A stretch of 32,993 nt of DNA from Verrucomicrobiota bacterium (GTDB lineage: Bacteria > Verrucomicrobiota > Verrucomicrobiia > Limisphaerales > JADLHS01), in assembly GCA_031384405.1 (NCBI GenBank), contig JANNAO010000188.1, positions 1 to 32,993 of the forward strand. Direction: 5' to 3'. The notes under the pieces were generated by a model, which made no database searches, was not told the origin of the DNA, and worked only from the letters and a program-made list of their open reading frames with translations. Shown here piece after piece: positions 1 through 8,798 of the stretch. The stretch's first letter is position 1. The number at the start of each line of letters is the position of its first letter. A program made the position numbers and the translations under genes.

Positions 1-1
1 G

Positions 2-577
<576 letters not shown>

Positions 578-580
578 TCC

Positions 581-1561
581 ATGCCGCGCGCACTGATCAC
601 CGGCATCACCGGACAGGACGGATCGTATCTCGCCGAACTGTTGTTGGAAAAAGGCTACGCAGTTCACGGCGTTGTCCGTCCGGGACAAACCTTGGAGCGC
701 ACGCGGCTGAAACATCTGGCCAGTGCCGACGTGTTGGGCAAAAATTTATTCCTCCACGAAGCCGCGCTCGAAGATTCTCCAGCACTCAAACGCATCATCA
801 CACAAGTCGCCCCTGATGAGTTGTATCACCTGGCGAGCATGACTCATGTGGGCTTGAGCTTTGAGCAACCGGAACAGACTTGCGACATGACGGGCATGGG
901 CACGCTGCGACTCTTGGAGATTGTGAAGGCGATGCCGAAGCCACCGCGATTTTTCCACGCATCCTCCAGCGAAGTTTTCGGCAAACCAGAAACCGCGCCG
1001 CAGGACGAACACACCGCGTTTCGCCCCGTCACGCCTTACGGCTGCGCGAAGGCGTTCGCGACGAACATGGTTTCCGTCTATCGCCAGACGCACGGGTTGT
1101 TTGCCTGCAATGGAATCCTGTTCAATCACGAATCGCCACGGCGTGGAGAAAATTTCGTTACGCAAAAAATCTGTCGCGCCGCTGCGGCCATCAAGCTGGG
1201 TCGTCAAAGCGAACTGGTTCTCGGCACAATCACCTCGTTTCGCGATTGGGGACACGCGAGAGATTACGTGCGCGGCATGTGGTTGATGCTCCAGCAGGAG
1301 AAGCCGGCGGATTACGTTCTGGCCACGGGCGAACTGCACACCGTGCAGGAAGTCATCGAGCTTGCGTTTGAGACTGTGGGGCTGGATTGGAAGAAATATC
1401 TGAAACAGGACCCGCGCTTCATGCGCCCCGTCGAACCGAGCCAACTTGTCGGCAACCCTGCCAAGGCCAAGCGCGAACTCGGCTGGCAACCGACGGTGGC
1501 GTTCAGAGAATTGATCGTCGAGATGACCCGCGCAGCGTTGGAGGAGATGGGGTCGGGTTAA
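581..1561 (+). CDS. gmd: second GDP-mannose 4,6-dehydratase-type SDR (short form, 326 aa)
   Basis: ATG lies 3 nt after the stop of the preceding gmd. Rossmann motif ITGITGQDGSYLAELLL, YGCAK (YxxxK), Gmd block [21 protein letters not shown] and DPRFMRPVEP...GWQP. About 55-60% identical by eye to the upstream copy over the ~160 comparable aa. Confidence 0.85.
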   Translation: MPRALITGITGQDGSYLAELLLEKGYAVHGVVRPGQTLERTRLKHLASADVLGKNLFLHEAALEDSPALKRIITQVAPDELYHLASMTHVGLSFEQPEQTCDMTGMGTLRLLEIVKAMPKPPRFFHASSSEVFGKPETAPQDEHTAFRPVTPYGCAKAFATNMVSVYRQTHGLFACNGILFNHESPRRGENFVTQKICRAAAAIKLGRQSELVLGTITSFRDWGHARDYVRGMWLMLQQEKPADYVLATGELHTVQEVIELAFETVGLDWKKYLKQDPRFMRPVEPSQLVGNPAKAKRELGWQPTVAFRELIVEMTRAALEEMGSG

Positions 1562-2142
1562 TCTCGCGCCACTATCCGATCCAGTTGTGCCGCCGTCATC
1601 GCCACTTCTCCCTCCGTCCAGACGACGTGATTGGCTCGCGCCATTTTTTCTGCCACGGGCATCTGTGCGTTGATGCGTTGCGCGATCTGTTCCGGCGACC
1701 AACCGCGTGATGCGAGGCGCGCGTTCTGCGTTGCGTCGGAACAGGCGAGACAGATGACGGCATCAAATACCGACTCCGCCTTCGTTTCAAACAACAGCGG
1801 GATGACGACGACCGCCACCGCCCTGCCCTCAAGACGCCACGCTGCCAACTGGGTTTCCCAAAGTGAACGGATGCGCGGATGCAGAATGGCTTCGAGCTTG
1901 GTGCGGGCAACGGGATTTGAGAACACCATAGCTGCCAGTTGATCGCGTTTCAGTGACCCATCATCTCCCACAAGTTCTCGACCGAAGGCGTTTTGGATTT
2001 CATTGAGCGCGGGTTGACCGGAAGCGACGACTTGCCGGGCGAGATCATCGGTGTCCACCACGGCAACGCCGCGTTCCCGAAGAAGGGCTGCGGCGGTGGA
2101 TTTCCCCATGCCGATGCCACCGGTGATGCCAAAGGTTTTCAT
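1558..2142 (-). CDS. coaE: dephospho-CoA kinase
   Basis: Track ORF 1558..2382 trimmed to the internal ATG at 2142. MKTFGITGGIGMGKST puts the P-loop at the extreme N-terminus as in CoaE, followed by VVDTDDLARQVV and VVVIPLLFETK. The 80 upstream codons overlap the protease gene and its terminator. The stop overlaps the stop of gmd copy 2 (TTAA, 1558-1561, convergent). Confidence 0.85.
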   Translation of the reverse strand: MKTFGITGGIGMGKSTAAALLRERGVAVVDTDDLARQVVASGQPALNEIQNAFGRELVGDDGSLKRDQLAAMVFSNPVARTKLEAILHPRIRSLWETQLAAWRLEGRAVAVVVIPLLFETKAESVFDAVICLACSDATQNARLASRGWSPEQIAQRINAQMPVAEKMARANHVVWTEGEVAMTAAQLDRIVARD

Positions 2143-2175
2143 AAAAAAGCCGCAGCCCGTTGTCCGGACTGCGGC
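2143..2175 (-). terminator. rho-independent terminator after the subtilase gene
   Basis: On the minus strand, 19 nt after the protease stop: GCCGCAG (2175-2169), a 13-nt loop, CTGCGGC (2155-2149), then directly TTTTTT (2148-2143). Confidence 0.6.
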
Positions 2176-2194
2176 AAAGAACTCAATCAATCGC

Positions 2195-5100
2195 TCACGG
2201 CACGGGCACCAGAGCGCGATAGTAACGCGGCGAATTTGTCGCGCTTGCCGCATCCGCGATATGCGCCACGCCGCCGAGCAAAATGTTTGTCGAGATCGGC
2301 GTCCATGTGGCGAGATCAGGCGATGTCTGGACGATGTAGGTTTGATTGGCCTGACCGGTGATGTCCACCACGTAAGAACCATCGCTCATTTTACGCAAGC
2401 TCAACGAGCCGGGAGTCGAAGCCCCAACCGCGACGCTCAATGGCAGATCAAGGTTATCAATCAATGCGCCGTCAAAACCGCCCGTCGTATTCGAGTCCTT
2501 GGAATAACGCCACTCGATGGTGTGTGTGCCTGCGCTGAGATTGAAGCTGTAGGTCTGCCATGGAACTTCACCAGACCATTCGGTGACTTGTGATCCATCC
2601 ACCAAGAGGCGGAGTGTGTCCCAAGCAAACTCAGAACTGACGCGCACATCGAATGAGGCGATGCCGGAGCGGAAGTTGCCGGTGAGGATCAAAGAGCTGG
2701 TCTGGCTGTCGCCAATGTTGCCTGAGCGTGCGGCATAAGTGCCAGCGGAGACATTGGTGTTTTGCACGAACCACGGTGTGCCGCTGGAAGTCCAAGCCAA
2801 TCCAGTGAGGTTTCCACTTTCAAACCCGTCAGTGTGAGGCTCTGCGATAAACGCTGCTGTGAGCGTCATGTTGCCGCGAACATTGAACGACAGTGGATTC
2901 GCCAAAGAAACCACGCTTCCAGTCCATTGATTGAAGATCGCTTCAGTGCCGGGAATTGCCGTGAGCGTAGCAAGCGAGTTGCTCGCATACAGCGCAGTGC
3001 CGGGCGTGACTGATCCGTTTCCAGTGGTGTTGACTGTGACGGTATAGACTTGGCTCGTGGTGAAGGAGTAGAAGAGGTTCACAGAGCCAACGGCTCCGGC
3101 GAACCCGTCCACGGCGATATGGTTCGTCTGACCCGCTTTTACAACGATGGTCACTTCGCTAAAGCTGCCGAAGGCGGAATCGTCGTTGCTCGCCACGTTG
3201 GTCAGTGAGCCGACGAGTGAGCCGGAGTAAATGCCGAGGAGCGTGTCGTAGCTCGAATTAGTGGTGCTGACTTTGAGGACGCCATCGGCTGGCGCAACGA
3301 ATCTCCACCAGACGGATTTGCCGCCGACGTTCCCGGCGTGGTTCGGCTCATTGAATTCCTTGGTGGCCAGAGCGGTGTCCGGCGCAGTGCTGTTCCCCGT
3401 GTTGTTCGTCAGGTTGATGGCGAGAACAAAGTGGTCGTTCGCTGGCGGTGCTGGAATGTAATTCACCGTGAGCGTGGTGGTGGCGGAGATGTTTCCGGCA
3501 TTGTCATAAGCCCAAACTTCCAGAGTGTTTGCGCCGAGTTGCAACAGCGTGCTGGAGGCCCAACTCGCTGTTCCATTTGCAGTGGTGGCCGGCACGACAC
3601 CGTTGACGGCGACCTGCACTTCACTCAAACCGGACGAGTTCGGCGTCGGATCAGACGCTGTGCCTGCAAGTGTGATGCGATTGGTGGTCACGCTTACGCC
3701 GCTCAGATGGCTCGTGACACTGACCGTCGGCGAGTTGGTGTCTGGAACTCCGTTGGGCGTGACGCGCAATCGGATCGTTCCGGTTTGATTCGTGTCATAA
3801 CCGGCAACAACGATCCGGTAAGTGTTGGCGGCGGTGGCATTGAAATAAAGATAGCCAGCAAGGCTGTTCGGCACGTCGTCCACAGCGGCGACTTGAACCA
3901 AGTTGGCTACGTTCGTCCCGGTATAAACAGCGAGCAGCGTGTCAAAGGAGCTGCCTGTCGTATCCACCAACACCGGGCCAGTGGCTGATGCAGACCAATT
4001 CCACCAGAGCGAGGCGGACGCAGAGGGGACACCCACATGGTTGGTTTCGCCGGGCTCCATGGAGGCAAATTTATTGAGTGCCAACGCAAGGCCGCCAGCA
4101 TTTGGGATTTTGGAGGCAGCCACAAAATTGTCATTCGTCGGAGGCGGGATGATTGAATACTCCAAAACATTTGTCAGCCCAGACTTGCCCGGTGCAGACG
4201 AGACGAGGGTGAGGGTGAAATTCGTCGTCACATTCGGCGCGATGTAGTTGCCGGAATAAATCGCGTCGTTGGCAACGACGTCCGGCGGGGCGCCTGCGTT
4301 CGCAAAGGTGATGCTACCGCCGATGGAGATGGTTGCCGTCACCGTCGCATTGGTCACCTTGAAGAGATCAGTCACCCGCACCAAGAAGAGATTCGTTGAT
4401 CCGCCGAGAATGACAGAGCCAGAAGGCGGAGCAACGCTGACTTCCAACTGACCGTCCGGCACAGCGACTAGCGCGTTGTAGGCATTGAGCCTGCCGCCCG
4501 TCACGCAACGTCCGTTCAAAGAATTGATGGGCACAGTAGAAACGAGCAAGCGCTCGCGCAATTCGAGATACGTGGCAGCGGGCGTCTGCGCCAACAACAA
4601 CGCAGCCACACCGGTGACATGCGGCGCGGCCATGCTAGTGCCTTGAAATGACGCGTAACTGGAATCGGTATTGGCAGTGCTGGAATAAATCGCCACACCC
4701 GGTGCGCCCAAGTCCACGCTGTCCTGACCGTAATTGGAGAAATTCGCCAAGCGATCTGCACGATCAATGGCTGCGACTGAGATGACGTTGTCCAAGTTGT
4801 AGCTCGCCGGATAACTGGGGCTTGCATCGTTGTTGTTCGCGCTGTTTCCCGCCGCTGCGATGAACAAGTGCCCAGCCGTGCGCGCCGCTGTGAGAGAGTC
4901 GAACAACGCCTGGCTATACGGACCGCCACCCCAACTGTTGTTGGATATTTTTGCGCCTTTAGCCACGGCATAATTCAAACACTCGATCGCGTTCGCAATT
5001 GAACCACCGCCGCTCGCACCCAGAAATTTAAGCCCCATGATCCGCACATTCCAAGTCACACCGACATGTCCACCGCCGCCATTGGCGCGCGCGCCAATAG

Positions 5101-5812
5101 TGCCGGAGCAGTGTGTTCCGTGATCGTTGTCATCGAAGGGATCGCCCGTGCCAGTGATCGAGTTGATACCGAACACGTCGTCAATGTAGCCGTTGTTATC
5201 GTCGTCTATGCCGTTGGCTTCCTTGCCGCTGCCGGACTCGCCGGGGTTGCGCCACATCTGCGTGGATAAATCCTGGTGGGTATAACGAACGCCGGTATCA
5301 ATCACTGCCACGATGACGTTGGTTGAACCCGTGCTGATATTCCAAGCTGCTTCGGCATTGATGTCTGCACCGATCACACCGCCTGAACCGCCGAGATTCC
5401 GCAAGCCCCAGAGTGTGCCGTCTTGAAAGCGGCTGTCCGTGGGTTGGAGATTGGCACTGACAATGTAGTCTGGCTCCACGTAATCAAACTGCCCGCTATT
5501 TCGCAGTGCTTGAATCCGCGCGTTCAACGCATTCGCACGAACGGCTGGAGCAGCGGCCTGAGCCGGAAGTCCATTCGCTTCCAGTACCACCAAGCCATTC
5601 ACGATGGGTAATTGTCTGCGAAGCGTCATGTTCGCAGCGGTCAGTCCCGATGCGCGCGACTGCGCGTTCACGCCGGTCTTGTATTTGGCAAGGATGCGCG
5701 TGGGGTGAACCTCGTGCTTGCCGAGCTTGATCGTGTTCGTGGTCTGGGATTGACCCGCCAGAGAAACCATTCCGGCAACGATGAAAATAAGAGCGAATCG
5801 TAACTTCAGCAT
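2195..5812 (-). CDS. secreted subtilisin-family (S8) serine protease with a ~750-aa multi-domain C-terminal extension
   Basis: Signal peptide MLKLRFALIFIVAGMVSLAGQ. Catalytic motifs VAVIDTGV (Asp172), DNDHGTHCSGT (His231) and GTSMAAPHVTG (Ser393), plus NNSWGG. Downstream are two ~125-aa ND(N/H)F...WW...DTLL..Y modules (aa 560-685 and 792-916), an InlB-B-repeat-like segment (YTVTVNTTGNGSVTPG...NQWTG), a jelly-roll-like segment, and a tail ending SPRYYRALVPVP. Confidence 0.92.
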   Translation of the reverse strand: MLKLRFALIFIVAGMVSLAGQSQTTNTIKLGKHEVHPTRILAKYKTGVNAQSRASGLTAANMTLRRQLPIVNGLVVLEANGLPAQAAAPAVRANALNARIQALRNSGQFDYVEPDYIVSANLQPTDSRFQDGTLWGLRNLGGSGGVIGADINAEAAWNISTGSTNVIVAVIDTGVRYTHQDLSTQMWRNPGESGSGKEANGIDDDNNGYIDDVFGINSITGTGDPFDDNDHGTHCSGTIGARANGGGGHVGVTWNVRIMGLKFLGASGGGSIANAIECLNYAVAKGAKISNNSWGGGPYSQALFDSLTAARTAGHLFIAAAGNSANNNDASPSYPASYNLDNVISVAAIDRADRLANFSNYGQDSVDLGAPGVAIYSSTANTDSSYASFQGTSMAAPHVTGVAALLLAQTPAATYLELRERLLVSTVPINSLNGRCVTGGRLNAYNALVAVPDGQLEVSVAPPSGSVILGGSTNLFLVRVTDLFKVTNATVTATISIGGSITFANAGAPPDVVANDAIYSGNYIAPNVTTNFTLTLVSSAPGKSGLTNVLEYSIIPPPTNDNFVAASKIPNAGGLALALNKFASMEPGETNHVGVPSASASLWWNWSASATGPVLVDTTGSSFDTLLAVYTGTNVANLVQVAAVDDVPNSLAGYLYFNATAANTYRIVVAGYDTNQTGTIRLRVTPNGVPDTNSPTVSVTSHLSGVSVTTNRITLAGTASDPTPNSSGLSEVQVAVNGVVPATTANGTASWASSTLLQLGANTLEVWAYDNAGNISATTTLTVNYIPAPPANDHFVLAINLTNNTGNSTAPDTALATKEFNEPNHAGNVGGKSVWWRFVAPADGVLKVSTTNSSYDTLLGIYSGSLVGSLTNVASNDDSAFGSFSEVTIVVKAGQTNHIAVDGFAGAVGSVNLFYSFTTSQVYTVTVNTTGNGSVTPGTALYASNSLATLTAIPGTEAIFNQWTGSVVSLANPLSFNVRGNMTLTAAFIAEPHTDGFESGNLTGLAWTSSGTPWFVQNTNVSAGTYAARSGNIGDSQTSSLILTGNFRSGIASFDVRVSSEFAWDTLRLLVDGSQVTEWSGEVPWQTYSFNLSAGTHTIEWRYSKDSNTTGGFDGALIDNLDLPLSVAVGASTPGSLSLRKMSDGSYVVDITGQANQTYIVQTSPDLATWTPISTNILLGGVAHIADAASATNSPRYYRALVPVP

Positions 5813-5879
5813 AAAACAATTTTTCCGTCGCGGCAGTCAGCACCGCCATTTTCTAAAGTTCACCCTCAACCAATTTGGT

Positions 5880-8798
5880 TCACGGCTGATAGCCGATTCG
5901 ATAATAACGTTGAGGACTTCCAGCGGGGACAACGTCGGTGACATTGGCCGATGTGGCACTCGCAGAAGTGTTCGTGTAACTCTTGAGCAGTTGCCACGTC
6001 TGAGATTGGTTCGTGACGTATTCGATCTTGTAGATCGTGTTCGCCGCCGCTGTCCAACCCAAGCTCAACGTCAACGGTGAGCTGCTGGCCAACGACAAAC
6101 TCAGCACTGCCGGGTCAAACGGACTTGAATCAAAACCATTGGCCAAACCGTCGCCGTCCGAATCCAAGATCAGGCTCTGACGCAAAGCGCGGTTCACTTT
6201 CGTAATTTGTCCATTCACCAAAAGATCAACTGAACTGTAAGCACCGGCGTAGCTCTTCACCCAGCGCAAACGTCCGCCGAGCATTCCATCCAGTTGTTCG
6301 GCTGGAAGATTCGAGTCGGCAAAATAGATGAACATGTTCGGATCGGCATAGATAGCTGTTTCCACGTCGTCAATTCCGACACCGGCGAATTGAAGGAAAT
6401 CAACGTAGAGCGCATTGCTGACTCCCGTTCCGTAAAACGCCAGTTCCGCGTCAAACCCAACACTCAGCACCAAGCGACCCACTGCCATGTTATTGCTGTA
6501 GCCAGCCACGCTGACACCCCGATCCGCCCCCGGCCATGTGTGATCAATGCTCGCGAACAGCGGTGCCGCCGTCTCCAGACTTGTGCCGAGCAGATCACCT
6601 GAAGTTGGCTTGCCGTTGCCGCTCGCGATTTCCGCATGGAAACCGTCACCGCAAACGATGCGGTTCGGGCCAGCCGCTCCGTTGTCGTAAAGTGTGTTTG
6701 TGATGCTGAAGATGACTGCGCCAGCCGTCTGGTTCGTGTAATTCCGCAACTTGAAGTCAGACGCTTTGACGTTCAGATCGCCGCCCGTATCTGAAGTGCC
6801 GTTCTCCATCCGACCAGAAACCGTGTCCACATGCAAAATCGTCCCTGAATTCATGTAGCCTGCGTTCTCGAAGTAAGCGCTCCGTGCGTAAATGCCAGCA
6901 GCCAAAATATTGCTGCGGTTCACAAAGGCCGTGAGAGGCGTGACAGCCGCAACTGCGTCATACCCAAACCGCGCTTCATTTTGTACTGTGATGTTACCAG
7001 CGTTCGTCAAGTAACGAAGATTGGGCGAGTTACCAACCGCCCAGTTTGGCAATCCACCATTCAACGTGATACCACCACCGTTTGCTTCGATGGTCATCTT
7101 CTGTGCGTCCGTGTAGAAATTATTCGTGATTCGCAATGTATCTCCCAAGAACACGTTCGTCGCACGGGCAATGAACCCAAATGTGGTCACAGGCGTCGGG
7201 AGCAAAACCAAGTCCGAGTTCATGATCATCACATGGAAGTCGTAATTGATGATGTTGGTGATGGGCGAGACGACATAATTCGGGGGGACATTCGTATCCG
7301 GCGCAAAGTTATTAGTGAGGACCAACACCTGTTGGTTACTCCACGTTCCGCTCCATAATTGAACGTCGCCACCGAACCGGTCGACCTGTTGCTTGGCGAG
7401 GTTTTTAACCCTGAGCGTTCCGTTGGTTGAACCCAGATCGAAGTTCAAATTGAACGCGTCCATGTTCGCATTCGTGCTGCTGTAAAGATGTTTGGCCCGG
7501 ACCGTCACCAAACCATCCGAACGGAACCGTGTCCGCTCCAGATTGGCTGTCCCTGCATTGATCTCGATGCGTCCGGCGATGTTCGTGATGGACGCGCCAG
7601 GGATCACCGGCTGAACACCAGAAAGTTTATCCGCCGTGAACCCGTAGCCCGCCCAACGCGCAGGCGCGAACGCATTGGTGAAATTGGGCTTGTATAACAG
7701 ATTGTTGGTCACCACCGAATTGGGCGCGCTGCCCAACGCAAATTGCAGAGGTTGCAATCGGCTGACAAGATAGGACGAGGGCTTGTACGTTCTCGGCTGC
7801 ACTGTGTTGTTGGTGGAGATCACCAAATTGGTGCCGGAAGCCAGACGATCCAAAATGTAAAGAGTCAGGATGTCGTTCTGTGTTGTGACGGGATTGTTGA
7901 TGGTGGCGGACAGTTCAACGGCGATCGTCTGAAACAGATTGGTTGGAGTTATACTCGGATAAAAACGCGCACGCGCTCCGATGTTCGGACCTGAAACACT
8001 CACGAAGGCGCCTTGAACAATCCAATTCGTCACCAGCAATATGTTCGTGACCTGACCGGTGATGTTGGTGATCGTCAGATTCAACGGAGGCGTGTTGGTG
8101 ATGTTCACGAACGAGATGGCGGGAAATGCAGTTGTCCCCAACGGCGGGGGGCCGGAAGCCTGATAGTTCGTCGTATTGCCAATGATCACCTGAGTCAGGA
8201 TGCTCGCCGTATTAATATTGTTCGTCCCGATGCCCCAATAGTTATCAATGATCGCTGTCTCCGGGAGAAAGATCGTGCCGTTGGTGTTTTCCGCCGTGCC
8301 TGAACCCGCGAAGGGCGCGACCTGAACACCGCCGCGCTTGATGTTCACATTCGTTCCCTTGAGCGACATCAATCCCAACTCGCCCACGGTCATGATGCCT
8401 TCGTTGATCAAGTTGGTCGCTCCGATCCAGAGCTGGGAAGAAAGTCCAAAATCTGACGAAGTGATCGTGCCTTGTGGATGATTGTGGAAGACTGCTGCTG
8501 CGCGACGAATCCCCGCTCCACTTGGCGCGTGATCCAGTTGAAAGCCAACAGCGCCGCTCATCGCTCCGCGATTGGTGAAGTTCTCCGTGTTCGACGTGCT
8601 GAACGGCAACGAGGTAAAAATGGAGATCGTACCGTTGTTGACGAAGTTGGTGGCGTTGACATTCGGCGGCGTGGTCACCACACCGCTGTTGATGTAAAAC
8701 GCGTCCACCGCCTGACTCACCGTGGGCAACACAACCAACGACATCGCTAAAAGAAAACGCTTCATAATCATTTGTGGCACGCTTGGCTCAAAACTCAT
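5880..8798 (-). CDS. large secreted protein of unknown function (972 aa), N/T/G-rich, beta-rich composition
   Basis: 973-codon ORF whose ATG overlaps the stop of the upstream gene by 1 nt (8798). Signal peptide MKRFLLAMSLVVLPTVSQA; alternative starts at 8771 or 8765. I can assign no named catalytic motif. The C-terminus has DSDGDGLANGFD followed by a tail ending QRYYRIGYQP. Confidence 0.8.
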   Translation of the reverse strand: MSFEPSVPQMIMKRFLLAMSLVVLPTVSQAVDAFYINSGVVTTPPNVNATNFVNNGTISIFTSLPFSTSNTENFTNRGAMSGAVGFQLDHAPSGAGIRRAAAVFHNHPQGTITSSDFGLSSQLWIGATNLINEGIMTVGELGLMSLKGTNVNIKRGGVQVAPFAGSGTAENTNGTIFLPETAIIDNYWGIGTNNINTASILTQVIIGNTTNYQASGPPPLGTTAFPAISFVNITNTPPLNLTITNITGQVTNILLVTNWIVQGAFVSVSGPNIGARARFYPSITPTNLFQTIAVELSATINNPVTTQNDILTLYILDRLASGTNLVISTNNTVQPRTYKPSSYLVSRLQPLQFALGSAPNSVVTNNLLYKPNFTNAFAPARWAGYGFTADKLSGVQPVIPGASITNIAGRIEINAGTANLERTRFRSDGLVTVRAKHLYSSTNANMDAFNLNFDLGSTNGTLRVKNLAKQQVDRFGGDVQLWSGTWSNQQVLVLTNNFAPDTNVPPNYVVSPITNIINYDFHVMIMNSDLVLLPTPVTTFGFIARATNVFLGDTLRITNNFYTDAQKMTIEANGGGITLNGGLPNWAVGNSPNLRYLTNAGNITVQNEARFGYDAVAAVTPLTAFVNRSNILAAGIYARSAYFENAGYMNSGTILHVDTVSGRMENGTSDTGGDLNVKASDFKLRNYTNQTAGAVIFSITNTLYDNGAAGPNRIVCGDGFHAEIASGNGKPTSGDLLGTSLETAAPLFASIDHTWPGADRGVSVAGYSNNMAVGRLVLSVGFDAELAFYGTGVSNALYVDFLQFAGVGIDDVETAIYADPNMFIYFADSNLPAEQLDGMLGGRLRWVKSYAGAYSSVDLLVNGQITKVNRALRQSLILDSDGDGLANGFDSSPFDPAVLSLSLASSSPLTLSLGWTAAANTIYKIEYVTNQSQTWQLLKSYTNTSASATSANVTDVVPAGSPQRYYRIGYQP

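Noticed and set aside
581-1561. Second SDR gene as GDP-4-keto-6-deoxymannose reductase (Rmd) or GDP-fucose synthase (Fcl)
   Set aside because: It keeps the Gmd-specific [21 protein letters not shown] block and Gmd-like C-terminus, which Rmd and Fcl lack. I therefore call it a Gmd paralogue.
746-1702. 318-aa minus-strand ORF (and 122..715 minus) opposite the two gmd genes
   Set aside because: These are Arg/Gly/His-rich shadow ORFs antisense to genes with unmistakable Gmd motifs, which is typical of GC-rich DNA. They have no motifs or signal features of their own.
2143-2382. N-terminal 80-codon extension of the coaE ORF
   Set aside because: It overlaps the 3' end of the protease gene and its terminator and is Arg-rich. 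The CoaE P-loop begins right after the internal ATG at 2142.
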